DNA of 64,000 bases from Octopus vulgaris. Its lineage: Eukaryota. Of the stretch, positions 27,503 through 42,967 are shown piece by piece. The stretch covers positions 18,538,001-18,602,000 of the forward strand of contig OX597838.1 in assembly GCA_951406725.2 (NCBI GenBank). Direction: 5' to 3'. The position numbers and the translations under genes were made by a program. The notes under the pieces are model-generated. The model saw only the letters and a list, made by a program, of their open reading frames with translations, did not search any database and was not told the DNA's origin. Numbering within the stretch: the stretch's first letter is position 1; each line of letters opens with the position of its first letter.

Positions 27503-27785
27503 AGAGACCAAAGTGTACGTACGCCGCTATATATACATATATGAAATACAAAATGGGAAAGGAATGCAAAACATCCAGATAGACGATACAAAGAAAAGAA
27601 GGACAGGTCATTCGAGGTTTTCTTTCTTCAGTCAAGAACAAGATTAACCTCGTATTTTCGGCTGATTATTCTTAAGATTGCTCCAATCTGGCCAGCCCCA
27701 AGAAAAAAACTAAGTTAAGAGCATTAGATTCCTTGGAAGAAAGCAGCGAATGTATACAAAAACAATGACGGAAAAAAACAGACAT

Positions 27786-27823
<38 letters not shown>

Positions 27824-27853
27824 AGTAGTTGAATGAATTATCTTATTATGGAT

Positions 27854-27956
27854 AATTCCTTGTTTTTCCTGATGAGAAGGCGGCATAATGCACCCCTTAT
27901 TCCTTCGAAATTAGGAATATGCAGCCTTCGAAACATATGTCGAAAATAAAGGAATT
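27854..27956 (+). ncRNA. Canonical type I hammerhead ribozyme
   Basis: Stem I aattccttgtttttc/gaaaataaaggaatt (13 of 15 paired); CTGATGA 27869-27875; stem II GAAGGCgGCATA/TATGCaGCCTTC; GAAAC 27930-27934; palindromic stem III ACATATGT; GTC triplet 27939-27941. Confidence 0.88.
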
Positions 27957-30146
27957 TTGTTAGTTCGTCGTTCAACTTCATTCTTTCATTTATATATATA
28001 TATATATATGATGCAGCCGAGCTGCAGCAATTTTTGCCTGGTTCCCAAAGCATCAAGTGCCGAAAATGAACATTCTTATCTTCCATTTTAAAGGGTTACA
28101 GAATTAACACACGTTATAGGAACATAAACCTTGTTCCACGAAAAAATAGTTTAAACTATAGTGCTCTAAATGGAGGTGTAATGAAATCCTATTTTATGGA
28201 CCCAACCATGTTCTAAAATAAGTCGAAAGGTAAGCTTCTATAAATCGACACGAACTTTCCGGACAACCCAATACAAAAGTACTACAGGCGCGTTTCTTTA
28301 TTCGTTCGAACTACATGACTCATGCGATCTTTCTTACACTAAGCCTCTCACTTGTTCACGTCCGTTGAGGAAGTGTCAGTGCGTGTACTGTACAGGATGA
28401 GAGAAATATGATAATGCTTTATGTTCATCAGTTTATCATACATATCTCTCCGTTATCATCTTTGAACTTTGGTGACGTACAAAAGGACAAACATTATATG
28501 AAAAGAATTCATATATTTTTCATAAGAGTATATGAATAATTTATTGAAAGTGACACAAGATAATTGTTTAAAATGCAGCCAGATTTACACACGTGCTCTC
28601 TCTTGTACTTTCTCATTGCATGTATTTATGTATAGATGTAGAAAAATCAATGACAAAAACATAATCAAATTCAAAAAGCAACGAAAATCCGAAGGATGTT
28701 CGCAGTTAATATTATTAGGTCGACGTTTAAGGAAGGAAGATTATTTAGAATAAAAGTTGTAGAGTAAAAAATATTTCGGGCAGAGCTCTTCGTCGAATGC
28801 GCAGAGCGAAGTCCAGGGAAGGGGAAAAAGACAAGAGAAAATGAGAGAGAAAGAGAGAGAGAGAGAGAAAGAGCGAGAGGGGAAGAAAGAGAGAGAGAAA
28901 GAGAGAGAGCCAAAGACAAGAGGAAGAGTGATAAGAAAAGAGGAGAGATCCAATGAAAGAAACGTATTTGGGTAACCCACATGTTGGATCCTTCACTAAT
29001 CGGAAGTGTGAGAATTGTAGTTTCATATATACATGTATGAATGTATGTAGAATGTGTGTGTGTGTGTATATATACAGGTATGTATGTATGCTGTATGTGT
29101 GTGTATGGTGTGTTAGGTCGCTCTTGCGCGCTACAGGTAACATGTAACCCAGTACAACCTGTTGCATGGTCGAGTCGTTGGCGACGACCCTGGCAACCAC
29201 ATCAAGCTTGCTTGGTGAGGAGGAAGATTTTTGGACACCCAGCAGGACGAAATATAAGACCTATATAAGGGTGGAAGATCTCATGGGTAATCAACGGCCA
29301 TCCAACTATATCTGTACGTGTGTATATACGCATGTATGTATACGCGTGGACGTGGAAGTATCTGCGTTGATGTCCAGGCCAGCGGTTGGTCTACTAGGAG
29401 TCGAAGGGCCCTCTATTGTTCTCACATCTCTCTAGGCGACGGTAACTCTGAAAGAAAACCTACAACACTGATAAAAAAAAATTGAAGTTGCAGACTAATT
29501 TCTTTTTCGAGTTTACGTTGTACATGTTCAGAGGGTGGGATTAGATTTGTGTAAATCCTTTCCCCGCTATAAACAATCGTCGTGTACAGGCATTGCTTGG
29601 AAAAAAATGTAAGACCTATCACAAAAATGGCTGGTCGTAGCCTTTGCATGTGCGGGACTTGCGATCAGGCAATGGCAATACTCGAACACGAGTTTGCAGC
29701 CAAGATGTATGTATGTATGTATGTATGTATGTATGTATGTATGTATGTATGTATGTATGTATGTATAAATGCATGTATGTATGTATTATGTACGTTTGAA
29801 AGTATGTATGTATGAAAGTATGTATGTATGTATGTATGTATATATGCATGTATGTATGTATGTATGTATGTATGTATGTATGTATATATGTATGTATGTG
29901 TGTGTATGTATGTATGTATGTGTGTATGTATGTATGTATGTATGTATGTATGAAAGTATGTATGTATGTATGTATGTATATATGCATGTATGTATGTATG
30001 TATGTGTGTATGTATGTATGTATATATATATGTATGTGTGTGTATATATGTATGTGTGTATGTATGTATGTATGTATGTATGTGTTTATGTATGTATGTA
30101 TGTATGTATTATGTACGTTTGAAAGTATGCATGTATGTACACATGC

Positions 30147-30182
<36 letters not shown>

Positions 30183-30310
30183 GTATATATGTATGCATGT
30201 ATGTATAAATGTATGTTTTTCTGTGCATGTATTGATGTATGTACGCAGGCATAATGCATGCATGTATATATGTATATTTGTACTGTATATATATATATAG
30301 ATATATATAT

Positions 30311-30359
<49 letters not shown>

Positions 30360-31006
30360 TGCATATATGCATATATGTATGTATGTACATACGCATATAT
30401 ACATGTATATAAGTATGCATGTATGTAAATCTGCATGCCTTCATGTATGTATATATACATGTAATGTATGTATGTATGTTTGCATGCACGTATACGTGTA
30501 TGTACGTCAGTTGTTTCTTTAAAAATGCGTTCAAGTCGGGCCCTGATACTTTCTTGCCTGCCTATATATATATATATATACAGTATATATATATATACAT
30601 ATACCTTCTTATTGTTTTAGCATGTGAAGTTAGAATTCAACACGAGATATTTGATATACAAATTCTCTAAAATAGATATTTTGTTTTGGCCATTATCATT
30701 AAGTTGTGTCTAAATCCTTTAGACATGAAATATTTCTGTTTTTACGTTTTTTTTTCCTTTCCTGGAAGAAGTTCTATTTCGGTTTTAATTTTATCTTACT
30801 TATCACGTCAACTTATCTGAAACTGCTTCACTGTCATGTATTGTGAGTTGAGCTTTTCCGTGTGCAAAGCAATTTAAATTGGCCGATTTTATTTCTTCTC
30901 GATAAAATCCCCCCCTCTTCCTTGTCCGTAACCAAACCTACACATTTGCATACATACAGACATATACATATTCATATACATATATACATATATTACACGC
31001 ACACAC

Positions 31007-31042
<36 letters not shown>

Positions 31043-31083
31043 ACAATTATGTGGCAAAGTAATTTATTTTACTAAGCCCTAAT

Positions 31084-31174
<91 letters not shown>

Positions 31175-31601
31175 TTTATATATATAAATGTGTGTGTGTA
31201 TTTGCGTTGTCGAAAACCAGATAATACCGATCATTACTCTGTTGTTTTCAATTTACGGTGAAATAGTTAAATTTGCGATGTTTGTATTGTTTATTGTCTT
31301 CACACTACTTAGACAGGGTTCCTTGCTTTCAAGCTTCTGACACTAAATAAAAGGTTAAACAGGTAGATTATGCAAATAAGTAGCTACCTTTCTCTGGATC
31401 TACAACAATTGATGTCTATATAAACAAGCTGGCTTCTAATTATTCTGCGTTTGGTCAAGTGTGAGGTCAGCACCTCTGATGCGACCGCAATAAGGTCGAT
31501 AATCCAAGAGAGTTGGTCGTTTTTTTTTTCCATTCTACGGACGCAAAGATAAATTACATATATGTGTACGTCTACTACGGATATATACTTACATACATAC
31601 A

Positions 31602-31679
<78 letters not shown>

Positions 31680-31680
<1 letters not shown>

Positions 31681-32520
31681 CAGGTCATCCCATAAGCTCT
31701 GTCCGATTTTACCTTTTTTAAAATTGAATGAAATTTGATAGTATTTTAGAATGTCTAATGGAATTAATAATTATTTTTATGAATTTGTGTACATTTAAAC
31801 TAATTAAATATTATTTTACACAATAATAGAATTAAAATTTCTTTGATTAAAACCATTTCTAACATGGAAGTATCCAAAGAGCATTTGAGACACATAATGC
31901 TTTATGAGTACAAAAAAGGAAACTCTGCAGCCGAAGTGACTCGAAACATACACTCGAAAGAACTTGCAGAAGATGGTTTGCAAAATTCAGAAGTGGAGAT
32001 TTCAGCCTTGAAGATGAAGATCGAACAGGACGTCCAGTTGAGTTAGATGATAAGCTCCTTGAGGCATTACTTGAAGAAAATCCTGCATTATCAGTTGAAG
32101 AATTGGCAATAAAGCTTAGTTCAAACCATACAACTGTTCATCGTTATCCTCAACAACTTAGAAAGGTTCCTAAACTTGGAAAATGGGTGCCTCATGAATT
32201 CTCCGAAAGCAACCGCAAAATCCCGAGTTGACATCTGCTCTTCTCTCCATTCTCGCGAACTCATTTCACCCTTTTTGGATAGACTTGTGACTGGTGACGG
32301 AAAATAGATCTATCGAAATGTTAAACATCGTAAACAGTGGCTTAGTAAAAAGGTAAAAGCTAAACCACAACCGAGAAGGGAACTTAATGGGGAAAAAGGT
32401 TCTTCTCTCTATCTGGTGGGATTGCAAAGGAGTAATTCACTTTGAATTGTTACCACCTAATGCAAAAATCAATAGTCAAGTCTACTGTGAACAATTAGAG
32501 CGTTTGAACCAAGCTTTAGT
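31680..32520 (+). mobile_element. Mariner transposon, 3'-truncated transposase pseudogene
   Basis: TA then putative TIR tcaggtcatcccataag; ATG 31864 MEVSKEHLRHIMLYEYKKG..WFAKFRSGDFSLED..GRP..KWVPHEF..LVTGD..KVLLSIWWDCKGVIHFELL..YCEQLERL, with frameshifts; truncated by (GATA)n. Confidence 0.93.
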
Positions 32521-32601
32521 GATTGATAGGTAGATAGATAGATGGATAGATAGATGGATAGATAGATAGATAGAATGATAGATGGATATATAGATGGATA
32601 T

Positions 32602-32680
<79 letters not shown>

Positions 32681-32871
32681 CGTTTCTTTATTAGCCACAC
32701 AGGGCTGCACACAGACAGAACAAATTACAAGGTAGAGCTTTTCTTTTGGGGTAAAAAAGAGGGGGTTGGTTTTCGATCAAAAGGGATCGTAAAAGGAAAG
32801 AAAGAGGACAAAAAAGGGGAGGATTTTAAAAAAAGGGGGGAGAGGGACAAAAAAGAAAAGGGAAGAGGAAA

Positions 32872-32911
<40 letters not shown>

Positions 32912-32987
32912 AGACAGACAGGCAATCAGACAGACGAACAGACAGACAGACAGACAGATAGATAGAAAGACAGACAGACCGGCAGAC

Positions 32988-33080
<93 letters not shown>

Positions 33081-33432
33081 AACAAACAGACAGACAGATA
33101 GACAGACAGACAGATAGATGTATATATATATATATATAGGTGCATATACACGTACATACTTATGTACATTCACACGGACATGTCTACATATCTCGTGTGC
33201 ATATATATTCATACCTACTCTGTGTGATTCCCTCTCTGTGCATATTTAAGTATATTTTTAACACACGTTCCTTGTCCATTTAACCTTTTTTTCCTTCTCC
33301 CATCCATTGGTTGCATTTTTGTTTCCCATTCTTATTTACATCCATTTGTATATATTTCGCTTTAAAGCCATTAGTGCCATTAGCTTTTGTGAAACTTACC
33401 GGATGGTTTCCTTGGATTAACACACACACACT

Positions 33433-33498
<66 letters not shown>

Positions 33499-34826
33499 CA
33501 TATACACACACATATATATATACACACATGCACTCATGTACACACACTTTCACACACAAGCGTATATACCTACATACATAGAAAACCGCACACGCGAGAA
33601 CGCCGGAGTGTTCACATACGCACAGACATACACTCAAACACTAACGCATATCTGTGTGTGTGTGTGTGTGTGTGTCTATGTTTGTGTGTGTATGTGTGCG
33701 TTGTATGTGAGCGTGTGTTGTAATGTGTGTGTGTGTGTGTGTGTTGTATGTGAGTGTGTGTATTGTAATGGGTGCGTGTATATTATAGATAGACAGAACC
33801 ATAGATTTACATATAAACAGGTACATATGAATGCATACATACAGACAGACAGACAGAAAGGCAGACATATATGCATAGATAGACAGATAGATAGATAGAT
33901 AGAACTATAGATAGATAGAAAGATAGGTAGGTATGTAGGTATGTATGTAGGTAGGTATGTATGTATAGTATGTATGTAGGTAGGTATGTATGCATGTAAG
34001 TAGGTAGGTAGGTAGGTATGTATGTTTGTAGGTAGGTAGGTAGGTAGGTAGGTAGATAGACAGATAGATGCAGAGTGAGAAAGATAATTATATGCATACA
34101 TACATACATACATACACACACATACATACATACATACATACATACACACATACACACATACATACATACATACATACATACACACATACATATATACATA
34201 CATACATACATACATACATACTTACATACATACACACGCACACACATACATACATACATACATACATACATACTTACATACATACATACATACACACGCA
34301 CACACATACATTACATACATGCATACTTACATACATACATACATACACACACACATACATACATAAATACATACATACATACACACCCACACACTTACAT
34401 ACATACATACATACATACACACACACATACATACATACTTACATACATACATACATACATACATATAAATACATACATACATACATACACACACACATAC
34501 ATACATACATACATACATACATACATACATACATACATACATACATACATACATACATACATACATACATACATACATACATACATACGTACATACATAC
34601 ATACATACATACATACATACATACATACATACATACATACGTACATAAAGACATCGATACGTTTCTGTGCATTCAGACATTCATTCGTACACAGATCCAC
34701 TCTGATTCAATCAGATATCTCGTCCTGTCGTCTGTCCAGTTTTGCATTAAACCTTTTTGTATACAACTAATGACTTTATGTAATAAACACTTTATTTATA
34801 TATATTTACACACACACACACATACA

Positions 34827-34937
<111 letters not shown>

Positions 34938-34947
34938 GTATATATAA

Positions 34948-35133
34948 AGTTAATCCAAACAAGAAAGCACAAAAAACACAACAACGTGAGAACGTTGAAC
35001 AAATATAATATTATTGGACGCTCAGGAAAGAAGGAAAGAAGGAGGGTTTAACGTTTCGAGCGAAGCTCTTCGTCGGAAACATAGGAGAAGGAAAGATCCA
35101 GAGAAGGGAAGACAGAGGAAAAAAAATCGCCAA
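34948..35133 (-). mobile_element. Family D element
   Basis: Near-identical to 58721-58936; minus-strand core GTTT CCGACGA A GAGC TTC GCTC GAAAC GTT AAAC. Confidence 0.8.
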
Positions 35134-35143
35134 TATATGTGTA

Positions 35144-35207
<64 letters not shown>

Positions 35208-35229
35208 CATACATACATACATACATACA

Positions 35230-35405
<176 letters not shown>

Positions 35406-35891
35406 GTGACGCAATAGCGCAGAGACACACGTGTCAGAGGGTCGATCACGGCACTGATAGCCAAGTGAAAGTGTTTTCAACTATAAAGATTTAATGTCTA
35501 TATAAGTAGAATATTTCTTCCGAGGCAAGTTTCGCAGCGAAGGTTTTTCCACGTCCGAATGTACATGAACATGTTGAATTTAATTGTACACGGCCGTTTT
35601 ACAATCAACGTTGCTTCGTACACCTCTATTAAATTAATTACAGTTTGACAAAACTTTACACATACCAGCAAAATTACTATTTAAAACAATGTTTCTCAAC
35701 CGGTGTCGATATAAGATTTTTGGGAGTCCACATAAAATAGTAAAATGGCGATGCACAATAGTATTTTTAGGGCACCTGAAAAAAATTTTGCTGTAGATTT
35801 ATGCATTGGTATCTATTGCAAGAAACCTCAAGGTTTCTTTCTCTAACAAGTTAATGTTTGAAAGCATTATTCAGTAACATTGTATTAAACT

Positions 35892-36277
35892 GGTGTGGAG
35901 GCGCAATGACCCAGTGGTTAGGCAGCGGACTCGCGGTCATAGGATCGCGGTTTCGATTCCCAGACCGGGCGTTGTGAGTGTTTATTGAGCGAAAACACCT
36001 AAAGCTCCACGAGGCTCCGGCAGGGGATGGTGGTGATCCCTGCTGTACTCTTTCACCACAACTTTCTCTCACTCTTACTTCCTGTTTCTGTTGTACCTGT
36101 ATTTCTAAGGGCCGGCCTTGTCACTCCCTGTGTCACGCTGAATATCCCCGAGAACTACGTTAAGGGTACACGTGTCTGTGGAGTGCTCAGCCACTTACAC
36201 GTTAATTTCACGAGCAGGCTGTTCCGTTGATTCGGATCAACCGGAACCCTCGTCGTCGTAACCGACGGAGTGCTTCC
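35892..36277 (+). mobile_element. tRNA-derived SINE family C, full length, 8-bp TSD attaaact
   Basis: A box tgacccagtgg, B box gtttcgattcc; closely matches rc of 61293-61678; TSD at 35884-35891 and 36278-36285. Confidence 0.93.
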
Positions 36278-36820
36278 ATTAAACTCGTTTTTAAACATAG
36301 AATGGCTGTGTGGGCCCATCATAAAATAATTATCAAAAGGGTTCACACATTAAAAAAAGGGAGTTGTTTTTAGTGGGTTGTAAAACTACGGATTCGATGT
36401 CCATAGTTGGGAAATCGTAACAACACCGAAACGCATATGTACGAAATTTCGATGCCGTCACTCATACCCCGCGTATGTGCTTTCACATATATCGCCTGTG
36501 AGGAGAATTTTTCCTCCTGAGACAGATTTCGCAGCGAAGGTGTTTCTACATCTACGTGTACACGAACGTGTTAAACATAATTGTACACAGGTATATTCCA
36601 ATCAAACACTGCTTCATGCACCTCTCGTTAATTAATTCCAGACTCGAAAAAAAAAATCATTGCACATATCAGCAAGTATAATTGTACATACTCTTCATCA
36701 TTCCCGCTTGGTGCATCTCTAAACGTAAGTTCGTTTACATGTATGCGTGCGAGTGTGCATCGATCTAGATGTGTGCATATCTATAAAATATAGGAATAAT
36801 TCGATTGATATGCATATGTA

Positions 36821-36896
<76 letters not shown>

Positions 36897-36899
36897 GAC

Positions 36900-36940
<41 letters not shown>

Positions 36941-37590
36941 TACACCCATACATACATACGTACGTACATACATACATACACATATATATATATATATAGA
37001 TGTATATATGTATGTATGTATATATGTATATCAATCGAAGATATATATATATGTATATATATATGTATATATATTTATATATGTATGCATAGATATATAT
37101 ATGTGTGTGTATATATATATGTATATATGTATATATATATTTCTTTATGTATATATAATAATATATAATGTACAATACACTTTCCATATGCATGTGAACA
37201 ACTATACACACACAGGCACGCACACATATGAGTACATGTATATACACATACGTACATATATATGTACATGTGTGTATATATATATATGTATATATATGTA
37301 AGCGCACATACACACATGCACGCAACGCACGTACGCACGCTTACGCGCAACACATTCATGTGCGCGCAGATTTGTGATTAATTAACAAATGCAATTAAGA
37401 TATATTGTGAAGCGCTTTTACTGAACTATACTCGGTATTATATTGCACAATTCTAACTGCCTATTGCACCACAGTACACTAAAGAACCAGCTGACTACAA
37501 CAGAGTTGCAGCATCAACAACAACAACAACGATAGCAGCAGCTGCTGCAACAGCACCAGCAGCAGCAGCAGCAGCAGTAGTGGTGGTAGC

Positions 37591-37628
<38 letters not shown>

Positions 37629-38083
37629 GTTCTTCTACGCAATCGAAGCGGCGACTTCAGACTAAGCAAGTTGTTGCTCCGTCAAGATGGAGTTAGGGTG
37701 ATATATTTACCGGTGTAATACACAGTTCTCTTCTCTCTCTGCTGTATCGTTTCGTTGAATGGTGGAAGATTGTGTTGTAGAAGAGAGTGTAGAAGAGGTG
37801 GTGGTGGTGGTGGGGAGGGAGAGGAGGAGGAGAGATTAGACGTATATATATTAACATCTTCGTCTAAAAGAACAGACACACATATAGACTATATCATAAA
37901 ATATATAGATATAAAATATATATATATATATATATATAATTGTAGTATAAAATATGGATTCAATGAATCCATACATACATACATTCACACACTCATATGT
38001 GACATATTTGCGTGACAGTAGCTCTAAAGGCGTGTGTATACATATATACATACATATATACATACACACACACATATATATTT

Positions 38084-38140
<57 letters not shown>

Positions 38141-38622
38141 AAGGCGTGTGTATACTTACACACACATATATATATGTATATATACATTTATATGTATGGA
38201 TGTATGTATGTATCTATGCACATGCCACACGCCTTTATATACATACATATATACGTATATATATATTTATATATATATATATATATATATACGCATTTAG
38301 AGTTTAAATGTATGTGCGTTTGTGTACATATATTATACATAAATATATATGTATATATATTCATGTATATATATATACACACATACATATATGCATACAC
38401 ATATCCACATATGTTAGAAATATACTTACACACACACATACACACACACAATTGCATACACCTATACACACACACGCGCACACGCGCACACACATACACA
38501 CACACATATATAGTTCGTATGTACGTGAGTGCTTCTTTTACGTTTGTCTATGTGTGTGCCTCTCTCTCTCTATATGTGTGTGTGTATACATATACATACA
38601 TATATATATATTTTTTTTTTGT

Positions 38623-38676
<54 letters not shown>

Positions 38677-39147
38677 AAACAAACTCCAGAGCGGTTGGTG
38701 TCGGTTTGCGTCGACAAGAATTGCATTATTTAGTCCAAAATCGATAAATAATGAGTATAGCGAACTCGCCGTATACGCGCATACGTACACACTTGTCCAT
38801 GTGTGTACGTACGAAGATATACGTACAAACGAGGCTGTACTTATACTCTTTATTACGTTATGTGCTTCTTGTGACAAGCAACCTTATCTTAACGTACACT
38901 ACTTATTTTAAAAGCTCTCCATAGTTAACCCTGGTTTCCCCCCATTGGCCTTAATTGTTCGTTCCTTCACTACGCGCTCCAGTTTCTAATACTAAACTAA
39001 CATCGTTCATTTTTCTTATTGTACCGCTCTCATTTCCTCAATAGCTTGGGTCTGTCTCTCATCTCCTTCTTCATCGTATCTCTCATCATTAAACTAAACT
39101 CTCTTCTTTTTGACTCCCAATTAGAGAAAAATCTATCGTAGTCTCAG

Positions 39148-39490
39148 ACGTGGCTGCTGTGTCTTTGTGGTAAGAAGCTTGTTTCCTAAACCACATGGGT
39201 CCGGGTTCGATGTGTGGCAACTTGGGCAAGTGTTCTTCGGCCGACCAAAGCTGTGTGAGTGGATTTTGTAGACGGAAACTGAAAGAAGCTGTCGTAAATA
39301 AATGTGTGTGTGTGTGTGTGTGTGTGCATATGTGTGTGTATCAGATCGGCAAAAGAAATCAATAAAATCAGTGTCCGAGTGAAAAAAGATATAAATAAAT
39401 GTTCTGATCGATTTGTTCGACAAAATTTTTTCAAGGCCGTGCCCCAGCATGGCCGCAGTTTAATGACTAAAGCAAGTAACAGATGAAAGA
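39148..39490 (+). mobile_element. SINE family A, diverged
   Basis: Head, cttgggcaagtg, internal (TG)n, tail ccagcatggccgcagt. Confidence 0.85.
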
Positions 39491-39583
39491 CGTATATATT
39501 TTCCTTGTTGCCTGGTAGTTATTCTGTCGCTCTCTTAGCCCAGTCGCTAAGTTACGGAGATGTAAACAAACAACACATACACA

Positions 39584-39630
<47 letters not shown>

Positions 39631-39690
39631 GCATATATATACATATATATAATTATCCATACATATATATATATATATATATACATATAT

Positions 39691-39906
39691 ATTCAAAATG
39701 TGACCGCGTGTGTACCGTTGGCGATTTTTTTCCTCTGTCTTCCCTTCTCTGGATCTCTCCTTCTTCTATGTTTCCGACGAAGAGCTCCGCTCGAAACGTT
39801 AAGTCCTCCTTCTTTCCTTCTTTCCTGAGCGTCCAATAATACTATATTTGTTCCACGTCCTCGCGTTGTTGTGTTTTCTCTTTGTGTTTTCATGTTTGGA
39901 TTAACT
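39691..39906 (+). mobile_element. Family D element, full length
   Basis: Reverse complement of 58721-58936 over its whole length. Confidence 0.85.
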
Positions 39907-39917
39907 ATGTATGTATG

Positions 39918-39953
<36 letters not shown>

Positions 39954-39967
39954 TGTATGTATGTATA

Positions 39968-40399
39968 TACATACATACATACATACATACATACATACAT
40001 ACATACATACATACATACATACATACATACATACATACATACATACATACATACATACATACATACATACATACATACATACATACATACATACATACAT
40101 ACATACATACATACATACATACATACATACATACATACATACATACATACATACATACATACATACATACATACATACATACATACATACATACATACAT
40201 ACATACATACATACATACATACATACATACATACATACATACATACATACATACATACATACATACATACATACATACATACATACATACATACATACAT
40301 ACATACATACATACATACATACATACATACATACATACATACATACATACATACATACATACATACATACATACATACATACATACATACATACATACA

Positions 40400-40428
<29 letters not shown>
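39968..40428. repeat. Perfect (TACA)n array of ~460 bp
   Basis: Uninterrupted tetranucleotide repeat. Confidence 0.99.
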
Positions 40429-40429
<1 letters not shown>

Positions 40430-40430
<1 letters not shown>

Positions 40431-40873
40431 CGTGGCACCACGCCGGTTACGACGACGAGGGTTCCAGTTGATCAGATCAACAGAACAGCCTGCTCATGAA
40501 ATTAAGGTGCAAGTGGCTGAGCACTCCACAGCGTGACACAGAGTGTGAACAAGGCCGGCCCTTTGAAATACAGGTACACAGAAACAGGAAGAAAGAGTGA
40601 GAGAAAGTTGTGGTGATAGAGTACAGCAGGCTTCGCCACCACCCCCTGCCGGAGCCTCATGGAACTTTAGGTGTTTTCGCTCAATAAGCACTCACAACCC
40701 CCTGGGTCTGGGAAACGACAGGCTTCTTTAAGTTTCCGTTTACCAAATCCACTCACCAAGGCTTTGTTAGACCCAAGGCTATAGTAGAAAACTACGGCTA
40801 TCATGCAATGGGACTGAACCCAGAATTATGATGTTGGGAAGCAGGCTTCTTACCACACAGCCACGGTTGCGCC
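40430..40873 (-). mobile_element. SINE A 5' half (40716-40873) joined to SINE C 3' part (40430-40715)
   Basis: Both segments match their families and lie in the same orientation. Confidence 0.8.
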
Positions 40874-40879
40874 TATATA

Positions 40880-40943
<64 letters not shown>

Positions 40944-40976
40944 TATAGACACACGCACACACAAACATGTTTGTGA

Positions 40977-41057
<81 letters not shown>

Positions 41058-41340
41058 TACATATATATATATGTCTAATATTTCTGTTTGTGCATTTGTG
41101 AGTCTGTGATTATTTGTGTCAGCTGGGGGGGGGGGGATCTATGTTTATGTATCACATGCGGATGTATGTTTGTGCGTGCGCGTTTGTTTCAAGCGTGCAT
41201 ATGTTTGTTTGCGAGCAACGCGTGCGTGTTGTAAGCGTGCATAAGATTGTGATGTGTTGATGTACTTTGTCTACGTATCTGCATCGGTGCACATATAGCT
41301 ATGTGTGTGTGTTAGCGTGTATGTGTATGAGCATGTGTGC

Positions 41341-41377
<37 letters not shown>

Positions 41378-41899
41378 TGCGCTGTATTACGTGCACTATG
41401 TCTATATGAGAAGGTAAGATTACGAGTGAGGAATTGATTCAGAGAGGGTGGCGCGATATAGAGAGAAACAGCATGATAGTAGAGAAAGGCAAGTGATAAT
41501 AGAGAGAGGAAAAGGATAAGAGGGAAAGGATGAGATAACAGTGAGAAGGAGAGAGGGAGAGGGAGGGAAGGCGAGAGAGGCGGAGGGAGTGTGGGGGAGA
41601 GAGAGAGAGAGACGGTACGAAAGAGTTCTATATAAAAGATGGCTTCCTCTTCCATTGTTCATGTGGAAGATAAATAACAAAGAAATAAAATTATGCCTGT
41701 TTGTCTGTCTATCTGTCTGTCCGTCTGTCTAGTTGTCTGTCTGTCTGTCTGCGTGCATGCATGAATGTCTATGTCTGGGTATCTGCATGTTCGTGTGTAT
41801 GTATGTATGTATGTATGTATGTATGTATGTGTATGTCTACATGCATACACGTACGGAGATATACGGATGTGCGTATTTACGTCTTTTGTATGTACGTGC

Positions 41900-41976
<77 letters not shown>

Positions 41977-42032
41977 AAGAGAGAGAGACAGAGGTAGATA
42001 GATAGATTGATAGATAGATTGATAGATTGATT

Positions 42033-42104
<72 letters not shown>

Positions 42105-42216
42105 TGTGTGTGTGTGTGTGGATGTATGTAAGCATGTTTTCACGGGTACGTGTATGCACGTGTAGATGTATACGCACACACCCACGGATATATATCAATA
42201 TATATTTATATTTGTA

Positions 42217-42965
42217 TCAGGCTGAGTAAAAAGTAAGCAACGTTTTGAAACATGAAATTCATCACACTATATTTGAACAATGTGGAAATTTTATTCATCA
42301 AGGTAAATACCATTATAATCAACACATTTTTGCCAACGAGTTTCGAATTTGTTTATTACGGTAAAAAAAAAAGCGACGGACAAATTTCATAGCTGTGCAT
42401 ATTCTGATTTTCATTCAAATCGTGTGGTACCTATTTGTCGATCTTTGTTTTTTTTTTTTTTTTTGATTTTTCGACCGCATGCAAATAATTGCAAATAGTT
42501 TTCTGGCTAAATTCACGTTCTTTTGCCAGTTCCTGAGTGGTTTTACGTGGATTTTTCTCAATGACGGTCTTTAACTGACCGTCATCGATGACAGATGGGC
42601 GTTCACTACGCTCACAATCTTCAAGGCTCAGGTCTCCACTACGAAATCGTTTAAACCATTTTCGAGCTGACCACTCACTGGTTGTTTCCTCACCAAACCA
42701 TTCGCTGATATCAGCTGCTTTACGTCCTTTTTTTGAAGTTGAGTAGCAAAATCGCTCGAATATCGCGCTTTAACAGTTCCATTTCAGATGACTGTAACAA
42801 CGTTGACAAAAATATCAATGTTAATTTATTGATGCATTTGGGAAAGTCTATGTCTGTTTTATCAAACAATTGCTAAAATGTGTTTTTAAAATATTCAAAA
42901 CTCTGCAAAAATCCGGTACATATTCTTCATGGATCAAAACTTTTCTTACTTTTTCCACAACCGGA
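42217..42965 (-). mobile_element. Internally deleted mariner element with both TIRs
   Basis: TIRs tcaggctgagtaaaaagtaagcaacgttttga / tccggttgtggaaaaagtaagaaaagttttga with TA flanks; minus strand ARKWFKRFRSGDLSLED..RP..VPHDLNENQ..(deletion)..INKFETRWQKCVDYNG. Confidence 0.9.
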
Positions 42966-42967
42966 TA

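Noticed and set aside
29113-29310. GC-richer island possibly from a LINE 5' UTR with an HDV-like ribozyme (also 15378-15560)
   Set aside because: I could not establish the nested double pseudoknot by eye; needs an RNArobo/Infernal search.
35688-36410. hAT-like MITE (caatgtttctcaacc...) around SINE C; similar short pieces near 508 and 25075, and a pogo-like end at 7375
   Set aside because: Matching second TIR and TSD not convincingly identified.
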